In this document: one piece after another, positions 54,163 to 64,000 of the stretch | Layout of the letters: each line of letters begins with the position of its first letter | Position numbering within the stretch: position 1 is the stretch's first letter | NCBI GenBank assembly: GCA_020137815.1 | Contig: CM035361.1 | Location: 5,952,001 to 6,016,000 of the forward strand | Source: Hormiphora californensis | Lineage: Eukaryota > Animalia > Ctenophora | DNA length: 64,000 bases | Direction of reading: 5' to 3' | Notes under the pieces: model-generated | The model's input: the letters and a program-made list of their open reading frames with translations, nothing else | Database searches by the model: none | Told to the model about the DNA's origin: nothing | Position numbers and translations under genes: made by a program

Positions 54163-54277
54163 TGACCATTACATCTTCATTATGGTTGCTATGGTGACTA
54201 TTACATCTTCATTATGGTTGCTATGGTGACCATTACATCTTCATTATGGTTGCTATGGTGACCATTACATCTTCATT
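54163..54277 (-). repeat. 32-bp minisatellite (~3.6 units) at the VWD-gene stop
   Basis: Reverse complement of the unit at 1671-1912. Confidence 0.9.
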
Positions 54278-57200
54278 CCATCATACTCTTCGTGCCAGGG
54301 GGCAACCTTCTCAAGGAGAGTGTAACCCTGTATTTCAGTTTCACTAGGACAACTGCACAGGGAGAAATAATTAGGGGTAATAATTAGGGGGAATAACTAT
54401 AAAGATATAATTTTAGTGATTAATAATTAGTGATAATGGATTTAAAATGGACATCAGGAAGGAGTAAACTTTTCCGGTCGTAATATCTAATATAAATTAT
54501 AGCGTCTGATCTCACCTTGAGATTTCCCTCTCCAAAGTTTTACCACACGATCTTAGAAAAACATCCAGAACTTCACATTCAGCTTCACTGGTCAGAGAAG
54601 TTTCCTGCAGAAATGGTTGCAGTTTGAGATACAGGGATCAATGTAAAAAAAGGACAAAATGTGATGCATGTGTGTGTAGAATTCCTGCAGCGGGGATTTT
54701 CCATCTTTTTGGCAGATTTACATCAATTTTTGACAGATTTATCTTGGCTCAACCCGATTTCACATATCCAACGTACAACACTAATTAGATGAACCCACTT
54801 CACCAAGTAATACCTGATTAATTTACCTCCCATATGCACTAGTGAATCAAGTTATACCTGATTACTACATCAAGTTTTACCTGATCTGCTGGAGCGGTTG
54901 ATACTGTGTTGCACCAGTTATCAACACACCTCTCCTCATACCATCTCTTATTAGGACACCCCTCCTCTCCCTCAAATACTGCCTGGCAGTATAGCTTCCC
55001 CGAATTACGGGGCAGATCTCCACACATCTGAAATACGTTTTGTATTGTTATGTTTTAACCCTTCTCGACATATAAATTCATGGTGGTACTCGAATTCCAT
55101 TTGAGTCCTACTTATCAGCACCGGGGTCCAACTGTACCCCTGACCCCAGATCCCTACTCTATTGGGACTGGGATCCCGGCCCCATCATGTACCTCCTGTT
55201 TGGTTGTGGTGGGTGCCTTCGTTTCAGGGCAAGTCTTTAGTCTGTCTACCTTCCAGCTTTCCACTATGTCAATATAGCTATCCACCACCTGAACATATGA
55301 AGTGTAGTTAAAGATTAAAACTCAAGTGCTAACTAAAACCCGGGAACCGGCAAACAACTTCCCGCGAACCAAATTCCCTATCTACACTCAAATAAAAGTA
55401 CTGCGATTACGAAATATATTGTCTATAATTCAGAACTATAGTAACTGCAGTACTTGTATTTGTGTGTGTATTAGACAGGTCAACAGAAGAAACAATTACC
55501 TCATTAGCCCTAGTCCTGAGGGAATCAGGATCACCGAAAGAGCCACACATCCCACAGGAATCGCCACCGGTTGGGGCTGTTATGTGAACTGAATTCAACC
55601 CATTCCAGTTAACGGACATATCGTTAGGCATCAAAATACCTAGGTAATGGTATTTGTGACGTCATTGAGTACATGTTGTGACGTCATATTAATAATAAAT
55701 AAATCTTTTGAGACATTGTCATCTGACATATAGATCTAAAAACGTTCAAACGTCCCATTAACTTTAAATTAAGCTTAAAATAAATTATTGTATCAGCTTA
55801 CAACTCACGTAAGTTTGATCCATCGAAATCTAGCTGGAACTCATAGAAGTATACAGGGTAATCTTCTAGAAGTTTCAGTACATTTCCCTGGTAAGACACC
55901 GTCCACGCTGCAAAGATCACATGGTTTAGAAACATAAATGTATATTTCCCCTCCTTTAGAACTGGCGGTGAGAGAAAGAAGAGTAACGTATGATTCTTCT
56001 TTCAGTCACCGCCAGTTCTAAAGGTTGGTGACATTGACACCTAGTGCGTGCGAGATCGATTGAGCTCGCACATGTGTGTGAGCTCAATCTTGGTCGCACA
56101 CGGTGTCTATGTCACCAATTCTAAAGGAGGGGGAATATAGTTACCCTGTTGCACCTAGTAAGGATTGATTTTCAAACCCTTCTGCATTGTTTCTGATCCG
56201 GTGTATTTTAGTGTCCCCGACAGGAGTTCACTCCCATGGAAACCGCCTGTTGCAAATTGTCTTACCTCTGTCAACTAGAAGACTAAGCCCCTTATAGAAG
56301 AGGGTCAGACCATTGAGACACTTTCCTTGAGGGCATTGTCCAATTGTTCCATAGACCAGCCAGTCCCTTCTTCTCTCAGTGCAGTCTACTGATAGAACGT
56401 ACGTGCAGTCCCCCTGAAATTGTGAGTCAGGTACGCTGCTGCAGATTTCGGACGATTTTAATTTTTCATTCAGACACTCAAAATGCAAATATCAAAAAAA
56501 CTAATAGCCTAACTGTACACGGCTCTAAAAACCGGGTTGGTCCCGCCACATAGTATACGATCGCCTATTGCCGATGACATCCCCCCTATGTCATGTTACT
56601 TACCGAAAAAGCGTACGTTTCCATGTTGAATGTTGACACGAAGATGTCTCCTCGACCAAAAATAGAGCAGGTCTTCCGGGTGGGGTCTGCTATCCATGTA
56701 TCAACCACCTAGATAATAAATGGTGATATCAAAACATGGTGTTAAGAGACAGTTTGTTGATATTATCTGTATTGCCCTGTCGAGTTCTCCTGAGGACACA
56801 ATCCCCACAAATCACAGTATTATCTGTATTATATCCATGACCACTCTCCTCACTGGCCGCTCTTCTGAGCGAAGGGCACGAAAATGGCTGCAGACTATAA
56901 AAGGGTTGCAAATTGTTGAGTAGACCCTAATTTACTCAAAAAGTTACAGCACGATGCCAGACCTAGTAACTTACCGGATTTCGGAAGTCTCCGTCAGCCT
57001 CGGTAACACCATAAGGGAAGTCAGTTGCAACCTCCTCATCATCCTCAGGAGTCTGTTCAGTTGTCGTAGCAACCTCCTCAGGAATCTGTTCAGTTGTCGT
57101 AGCAACCTCCTCAGGAGTCTGTTCAGTTGTCGTAGCAACAGTTGCTATGGCTGGTCTATAAGCCTCAGTCAGAATCTGCTGAATCACCTTCTCCGTTATG

Positions 57201-58346
57201 ATATCAGGAAGGTCGTCTGCGCTGATAGTGGGCGGTTCCGCCGTGATCGCGTTTTCAGTTGGTGGAAGTGAAGTCGCTTCCTCGCCCTAGAGGAGAATTG
57301 TTGAGCAAGGGGTCACTCAAATGCAATAATTGGGGGAATTACAAGCGTTAATTTCTCCTGGGGCAAATTGTTTATTTCCATTCCGCTAATAGTAATAATA
57401 CTATATCACTGTTATAATAACGTAGTTCCTATTCCACTAGTTCCTATTCCACTAATAGTAATAATACTATATCACTGTTATAATAAGCTCTAAAGTAGTT
57501 CCTATTCCACTAGTTCCTATTCCACTAGTTCCTATTCCACTAGTTCCTATTCCACTAGTTCCTATTCCACTATTTCCTATTCCACTAGTTCCTATTCCAT
57601 GCTAGTTCCTATTCCACTATTTCCTATTCCACTAGTTCCTATTCCACTAGTTCCTATTCCACTAGTTCCTATTCCACTAGTTTCTATTCCACTAGTTCCT
57701 ATTCCACTAGTTCCTATTCCACCTATACCATTCCAGGGATTAACAATTTCATAACACGTGTTGGGGGAAAACAGTCGTGCCTGAACCTTAGGTTCAGGCC
57801 ACGGCTATTTTCCACTGAGACCTGAGATCTCAGGTTTAAGTGATGGCTATAATTCCCTTAAACCTAAGGGATTCATTCCCGTTTACAGTATAACAGTATA
57901 AATTTATTTCCACCTCACCACGTACAAAAACGATAATTTTCCTACCTCACACACGTATAACACGTATAATCCCTACCTCCCTGGTTACACTCAGACGCCT
58001 GCTCTTCAGTACCCCCTTTAGGCCACACTTTTATCATGTCTCGTAGGAAGGAGCACTGTTTAACTGTCTCACAGCTATCACACCAGTACACTGGGGGGGG
58101 GGGGAATAAACACATAAACACATGTGGATAAATAATCGAGCTGGGAATCACATAAATCGAGCTATGATTCGACACACGAAGCCTGAACAGTTTTATTTGT
58201 ACCAAATCAAGTATATCGAATGGGAAAACCCAGTAAAAAATTTTATTATTTTTTTTTTTTTTTTCCTTACTAGGTCCATCCCCACAGTCTGCATTCACTT
58301 GGCCAAATAGGAGGAGAACAGCCCCGAGTACAGCCCACTTCAACAT
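54265..58346 (-). CDS. Secreted VWD + C8-like domain protein (~479 aa, 11 exons: 58271-58346, 57951-58090, 56975-57286, 56604-56708, 56266-56413, 55809-55907, 55500-55639, 55193-55288, 54881-55027, 54516-54604, 54265-54352)
   Basis: Exons sum to 1440 nt in one open frame; signal MLKWAVLGAVLLLFGQVNA; Thr/Glu-rich linker (EEVATTTEQTP)x3; VWD motifs TCSIFG...TFN...FSGDCTYVL and SCGMCGSFGD, SWKV; Cys-rich C8-like end. Confidence 0.85.
55941..56139. mobile_element. Intronic MITE
   Basis: TATATTTCCCCTCCTTTAGAA ... TTCTAAAGGAGGGGAATATA. Confidence 0.7.
57423..57722 (+). repeat. 15-bp tandem repeat (CTAGTTCCTATTCCA)n in intron
   Basis: Direct reading. Confidence 0.9.
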
Positions 58347-60487
58347 CTCATGGAAATTGTTTTATTCACACGCGGCGAAACAGCAAATTAGCTCAGAATC
58401 AAACGGAATAAATTGAAAGCGGTTTATATTTGAAATTTATGAGCTAATCAAATCTATAATTTAAGAATCAAGAATTCGGAGAGAGTTTTTGGAGAGAGTT
58501 AACGGTAAAATTATGCGGTATGACTGCAAAGTAATATAGGCATAGCCATGTGGTTCAAAAGCTGTGGTAAAAAGCAAAATGTTTGCATTACAAGCGACAA
58601 AAAAGGGGTGTGCAATCAATAAAAAAACCGAGGCGAAAGAAAAAGAAAAGAAAGAGAAGAGAGAGAGAGAGAGAGAGAATGAGAAGAGAGAGAAGAGGGG
58701 AGGAGAAAGAAACCGAAGAGAAAGGAAGAAAAAAAAAAAGAAAAGACCAAAAGGAAGGAAAAGAGAAAGAAAAACCAGAGAAGACCGGGGGGAGGAAAAA
58801 AAAGGGAAAAGAAAGTAAAGCATTTTTTTACAGAAAATAAACCGTACAGAAAGGGGGGGGACCGGGAAAACCCTAAAAAAAGGGAAAAAAACCCCGGGCG
58901 AAACAGGGGGGGGGGGGAAGGGGGAAGAGGGGCTTGGGGGGGGGAAAAAAGGGGGAAAAAAGAAAAAAAAAGGAAAATTTTTGGGGGAAAAAATAAAAAG
59001 GGGGGGAATTGAATTTTCCATTTTGGGTTTTTTTAATTTCTTTCTGGAAAGGGGCCAAAAAAACACTTTCAAAACTTTCACTTAAAAAAAATTCTTTATT
59101 GGGAAAAAAAACTACCAATTTTCCCGGTTTTTTTCTTTTATCCAAATTGCCCCTTTTTTTTGGAAAAAACACCAAAAGATCGTTTACATTTGATTTCCAA
59201 GTTCATCTAAAATGGCAACCCTAATTTCCTGGGGGAAAATCCCTTTACCTAAAAAAGGATTTTGATTGGTTTTTTGGTGAAAATCCAAAGTTGAGGCCTC
59301 TTTTTAAAAAAATTTTAAAGGGTTGGCAAACCCCGGGTTTGAGGTTTTTTAGTTTGGGCCCCCCTTTGGTCCCCCAAGGGGTGCCCCTTTTGGGTGGTAA
59401 AAGGGGAGTTTAAAAAGAGGAACTTAAATTTTGGGTCCCTTTTAGTGCCCCTCTCAGGGAATGTTGACGTTTTTGGTGCTCTCCAGTGAGTCCCCGAGAT
59501 TCCTCCCGGTTTCAGAAAAAAGGGTTTCGAAACCCCCCGGGGGATTCGAGGTTTTTCCCGGGGCAGGGTTGGGGTCCGCCAGAGGGTGTAAATTCCCCCC
59601 ATATGTTTGATGTCTTCAGGTTTTGGGGGTTAAAAAGGGTATAACTTCAGGTTTTCCCAAAAAGAGGTCTTTTTGGGATGGCGGGGGGGTCTTAGGGGGT
59701 TTTTCCAGAGGGCATTTTAGGGTGCCCAGAAAAGGTCCTCAGAGGATGCCCGGGAGGTTTAAAGGGGGTTAAAGTAGGGTTTTAAAATGCCTCCCGGGGC
59801 ATTTAGGGAGTCTCCCGAAGAGGGCCCAGAGGATTCCCGGGGAGGCTAGAGGAGTTCCCAATAGGGCCCGATGTGGGTTCCCAGGGAGGAGGGGGAAAAT
59901 GTGTTTTTATATTTTTTAAAAAAAAAAGGGGAATTGGAAACAATAGGTTGAAAAGCATAAACGGAGGGGTATTATTTTCCAAGAGGTTAAAATATTTTAA
60001 CCACCACCATCCCTTTTAACTTCTATGTTTTTTAAGGTTTAAAAGTGGTGGGTACATGGGGATTTGGGGTTCCCCCAACCGAAAATACCCCGAGGGAAAC
60101 AAAAATGGGGGGGTTTGGGAAAGGGGGTTTACACACTAATTTTTTGGGAAGGGGGGGAAGGGAAAGGGAAACCCCCAAAAAATTCCGTTAAAATTACCCC
60201 CTCTCCCCTTTATTTTCCCCCTTTTTTTTTAAACCCCTTAATTCTTTGTTATGTTTTGTCCCCCTTTGGGGCCCCAAAAAAAAAAAACCTTGTTTTTTTT
60301 TTTTTCCCTTTTTTTTCCTCCCTTTTTTTGGGGAACTGGTTTTTTTTTCCCCCCAAAAGTACCAAAAAAACCCCTTGAGAGATGTTTTTGACTGTTTCTC
60401 AGTTCTCTTTGTGTGTTTTGATTAGTGTTCTCTCTCTTGTTAGTGTGTAATACTTGTAACAAACAACTAAAGCAGGGTATATAACCT

Positions 60488-60674
60488 ATAAACTCTTGCC
60501 ACAGACGCGTTATAGGTTTAAACCCCTCCGCCTCTCCCTCGGCTACGCCTCGGGATCGTCGTCGTGATTTAAACCAGTTTATCCGCCAGTGGCGGATAAA
60601 CTACAGCTACCTTCTCCCAGCGGCGCGCTGGGAGAAAGGTATCTGAAATAACGCGCCACTGGCAAGAGTTTATA
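60488..60674. mobile_element. Small MITE
   Basis: ATAAACTCTTGCCA ... TGGCAAGAGTTTAT TIR with internal hairpins. Confidence 0.6.
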
Positions 60675-60809
60675 CCTCATATATATATGTCCTTTGTAAA
60701 TGTCAGATCATTGGTCATGGTCTGGCATGTAAATTGTAAGAAAAGGAATTTCTTCTCTCCTTTTCAGGCGGGGTATTGGTGATAGGAATTAGGACCGGTG
60801 TGAGGGCAC

Positions 60810-60975
60810 CCACCCTCCACCCTCCACCCTCCACCCTCCACCCTCCACCCTCCACCCTCCACCCTCCACCCTCCACCCTCCACCCTCCACCCTCCACCCT
60901 CCACCCTCCACCCTCCACCCTCCACCCTCCACCCTCCATCCTCCACCCTCCACCCTCCACCCTCCACCCTCCACC
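60810..60975 (+). repeat. (CCACCCT)n 7-bp satellite; G-quadruplex-prone on the minus strand
   Basis: Direct reading. Confidence 0.9.
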
Positions 60976-61184
60976 GCCCTGAAACGGTGGTGTGGGGGCC
61001 TCCAACCAGTTCATTTCATTGGAAATCCATGGACAAAGTAAAACAAGGAAATTCAATAAGACTCAATTACAATACACTAGGATCTTTAAAACCAGACTTT
61101 CACGATCAATTCCTCTTTGCAGCACTGACCCTTTCTAACCCTCTTTTACATTAATATAAAGAGGGTTAGTTAACATAAAACAAG

Positions 61185-62070
61185 TTAGCACATGTGTGCG
61201 TGCCTGCACTCTCCGTTGCAAAATACCATCCCGTTATCCTTACAGGTGCCTGGAAATATGGTGATTTACATTAAAACTCCTTATATAGTCGAAAACTATG
61301 ACATGACCATATATGGATTTGGTGACGTTGCGACCCCTATACACTTGCTGACGCACAAAGTTATTTGTCATCATCAATTATCTATGGAATGTATGAACAT
61401 ATTCCTAGATTTCCTACTGTATGGCTGGAAGTTGATCAGGGAAGGACAAACATACAAAATAAATGTTTAAATCTTACCACAGAAATTGCATGTTTTCCGG
61501 CATCGCGTTGAAACGAATTTTGGGTATTTCTCACAGTAACCCTGAGCTTTGTATGATTTACAGGTTAATTCGGCCACGGTGTCCTCACAAACTGAAATGT
61601 AGCTGCAATTAGCTGATATATCTTTACTTTATACCAGTCAGACACCTGGTGACATAGACACCTGGCGCAAACCCCCACAGTGTGTGCAAAACCCCTAATT
61701 CCCCCGAGCATATCCCGGTAAATCCAACTGTGTATGCACTATGCAAATTTGCATAAACTTCAATTATCATGTGATCTCTATATATGGCCACTGGAACTTC
61801 AACTGGACTCGACTGCGTGAAAATTCACTGAGGGTTTACACATACGCATATAAACTTCAAAAGAAAAAGCGATTTCCTCACGCTTGCGCTTTATTATTAA
61901 TTGAAAAGTAGATCACATTATACCTTGCTCATCTTCGTTTATCTTTGGGTGAATTTTACATGTTCCACAACTCAGGGGACAATACATCTCCATGTAGTCC
62001 GCGTAGTTGGGCTTCGTGCAATATCCATCACCTGCCCATTCGGCACAACCAACCATTGCATCTCGACACC
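61185..62070 (-). CDS. ShKT-domain protein, 3' exons 61924-62070, 61478-61591, 61185-61249; first exon not identified
   Basis: CRDAMVGCAEWAGDGYC...YMEMYCPLSCGTC and CEDTVAELTC...GYC...RCRKTCNFC fit the ShK 6-Cys pattern; phase-1 junctions; terminal GTCKDNGMVFCNGECRHAHMC*. Confidence 0.8.
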
Positions 62071-63219
62071 CTGCAGATAGAAACAGTGTTACCCCTGTTA
62101 TTATATTGCAATTAGGGCTCCGTGGGCTTTTGCGGAGGGGTAATTTCATTACCCTGATAGAAACAGGGTTTCAGTTTTGGGTTGAACTTCAACATGTTAA
62201 TTTGTTAAAACTCAATTGTGTTTAATGTTTGGCAACATAATTCTGAATATGTTGCGAGACTTCAGTTATAAGTCAATCATGTCTTCTTCAAATTCAAAAG
62301 CCCTTGATCAAGCTTGATCTATAATACTAGTATCTATAAATTACGATATCTCAAGAGATTTGTATATCACATTTCGCCTTTCATCAGTCTCAGCGATAAA
62401 CTCATACCCATTTGCATTGGCTAATAAGCTATATAAATTGCGATGCGGGTAGTACCAATTGCACGATTGGGGAAAATGACAATAAGCTAGATAAAAAGAA
62501 CTCTCTATCTCATTTTCTGTAACTTTGATTATGATGCAGAAGATATATAAGGGAGCAAGAGAATGAAATTTGTCAATAAGAAATACAGTCGGACCCCGAT
62601 TTAGTGGCCCCCGATTTAGTGGCACCCCGATTTAGTGACAGGATAATCTTCCCCCGATATAGGAATTAGGAAATTAACAGTATTTGACCCCTCGATTTAG
62701 TGGACACCCCGATTTAGTGGACAAAACCCTTTCCCCCGAGGATTACTAAATCGGGGTCCGACTGTATTTCGAATATTCAGGCATACAAGAAAAATTTGAC
62801 AACCGTTGATAAATACCTATCGAAAAAGGTAAAAGGAATGCAGCCCCAATTCGTCAAATGAGTACCAAAACGATAGCCATATAAAAAGAAGTCAGTTGAC
62901 TGCCAAGTATAGTTATATATAGTTACTAAACTGCCTAGTATAAAATATTTCTTACCAGAGGTTTAATCGTGATCGTAAGGAAACCGTAATACCAAAGTAA
63001 GTACATATTATTTATTGTCAGAGAATAACGATCGGTTGATTGTTTATCATGTCAATGAGAAAGTTTATTTTTCTCCTTCCGACTGTACGAAATGAGTAGA
63101 CGGGGTTTTCTGTATTGTTTTATTATTTTCCCCCGTATACTACATATTTATTGGCTGTTACGGCTCTAAAGTTTTATATCAAACCTACACGTGTTCCTCA
63201 TGACACCGTCAATAGTAAC

Positions 63220-63564
63220 ACCGCCAGCCTGTAACAACTTTCTCCCCAGGAGTACCGCCAGCCTGTAACAACTTTCTCCCCAGGGGTACCGCCAGCCTGT
63301 AACAACTTTCTCCCCAGGGGTACCGCCAGCCTGTAACAACTTTCTCCCCAGGAGTACCGCCAGCCTGTAACAACTTTCTCCCCAGGAGTACCGCCAGCCT
63401 GTAACAACTTTCTCCCCAGGAGTACCGCCAGCCTGTAACATCTTTCTCCCCAGGAGTACCGCCAGCCTGTAACAACTTTCTCCCCAGGAGTACCGCCAGC
63501 CTGTAACATCTTTCTCCCCAGGGGTACCGCCAGCCTGTAACAACTTTCTTCCCAGGGGTACCGC
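63220..63564 (+). repeat. 34-bp minisatellite (~10 units) ending ~3 nt before a start codon
   Basis: CCGCCAGCCTGTAACAACTTTCTCCCCAGGAGTA repeated. Confidence 0.95.
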
Positions 63565-63567
63565 GCT

Positions 63568-64000
63568 ATGAGGCTGTTTCTCCTGTTTCTCCATTGTATC
63601 CTCCTGATTGGACCTACCGAGGGTTTTTGGAGAAGACGCCGCAGGAGGTCCTGCAGCCCCGTCAACGGTGGATGGAGTGGGTGGAGTGATGGCGAAATCT
63701 TGAAATCCTCAAACGGGTTCGAATTCATTCCAAAATACCACTCTACGTGCGTTTGTGATGGGACAACAGGAACGGGTTACATTAAGACGATTAGGTGGTG
63801 TACCACTCCGCTGCCCTCTTGTGGCGGAAGTCCATGTTATGGGTCTAAATTTTCAACCCGGGACTGCAGCTGCTGTAAATCTGTCAATGGAGGATGGAGT
63901 GGTTGGAGCTACACTTCTAGCTGTGTCTGTAACCATGCTACAGGAACTGGCTACCGCCCAAAGACAAGATCCTGCACCAGTCCAGCGCCCTACTGTGGAG
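63568..64000 (+). CDS. Secreted thrombospondin type-1 repeat protein (runs off the window; not in the ORF track)
   Basis: MRLFLLFLHCILLIGPTEG signal, FWRRRRRRSC, then PVNGGWSGWS...C...R.CTTPLPSCGGSPC.G and VNGGWSGWS...KTRSCTSPAPYCG TSP1 repeats. Confidence 0.85.
   Translation, partial: MRLFLLFLHCILLIGPTEGFWRRRRRRSCSPVNGGWSGWSDGEILKSSNGFEFIPKYHSTCVCDGTTGTGYIKTIRWCTTPLPSCGGSPCYGSKFSTRDCSCCKSVNGGWSGWSYTSSCVCNHATGTGYRPKTRSCTSPAPYCG

Noticed and set aside
58560-60400. Phe/Lys/Gly-rich ORFs up to 206 aa
   Set aside because: Homopolymer-inflated low-complexity sequence typical of unpolished single-read consensus
60715-61056. WRVEGGG-repeat ORFs
   Set aside because: Translation of the (CCACCCT)n satellite
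62956-63006. Candidate first (signal) exon MYLLWYYGFLTITIKPL for the ShKT gene
   Set aside because: Ends in phase 0 while the ShKT exon needs phase 1, and it is a weak signal peptide
63166-63728. Repetitive minus-strand ORFs, and a CRISPR-like reading of the 34-bp and 32-bp arrays
   Set aside because: Head-to-tail minisatellites with no unique spacers; eukaryotic context and no cas genes

Overview
Eukaryotic, intron-rich, AT-rich animal DNA. The short palindromic repeat (CAGGAACCGACCGAATCAGG...) and the CAGTCGGACCCCG MITE family match my recollection of ctenophore (Pleurobrachia-like) genomes; this is an inference, not a verified result. Most short entries in the ORF track are spurious, and the real genes are spliced. 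The window is a segmentally duplicated locus built from a repeated convergent gene pair. One partner is a secreted VWD/C8 protein gene: intact at 54265-58346 (-), with partial copies at 222-1682, 15641-15728 and 39028-39123. It sits tail-to-tail with a secreted modular protein gene whose paralogs share the upstream flank and terminal exon but carry different N-terminal cassettes. Gene A (2925-8429) is signal-kringle-6x sushi. Gene B (16978-33970) is signal-2x lineage-specific domain-sushi-Ig-like-Cys-rich. The last coding intron of gene B holds a recent 9.76-kb LTR-type element with 636-bp repeats that appear identical. It has a PBS-like site, no recognisable gag/pol, and a cargo of intronless ORFs including an F-box/Cys-rich protein. 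Also present are a near-complete RTE-clade LINE with a hAT-type excision footprint, an inverted pair of minimal hammerhead-ribozyme motifs, and many nested non-autonomous transposons (piggyBac-, Kolobok-, Tc1/pogo-, Helitron- and HINE-like). A tRNA-derived SINE, RFX X-box minisatellites, a ShKT gene, and a TSP1 gene preceded by an array of splice-acceptor repeats complete the window. Segments 37.9-38.8 kb, 46.9-47.7 kb and 58.6-60.4 kb look like low-accuracy consensus.
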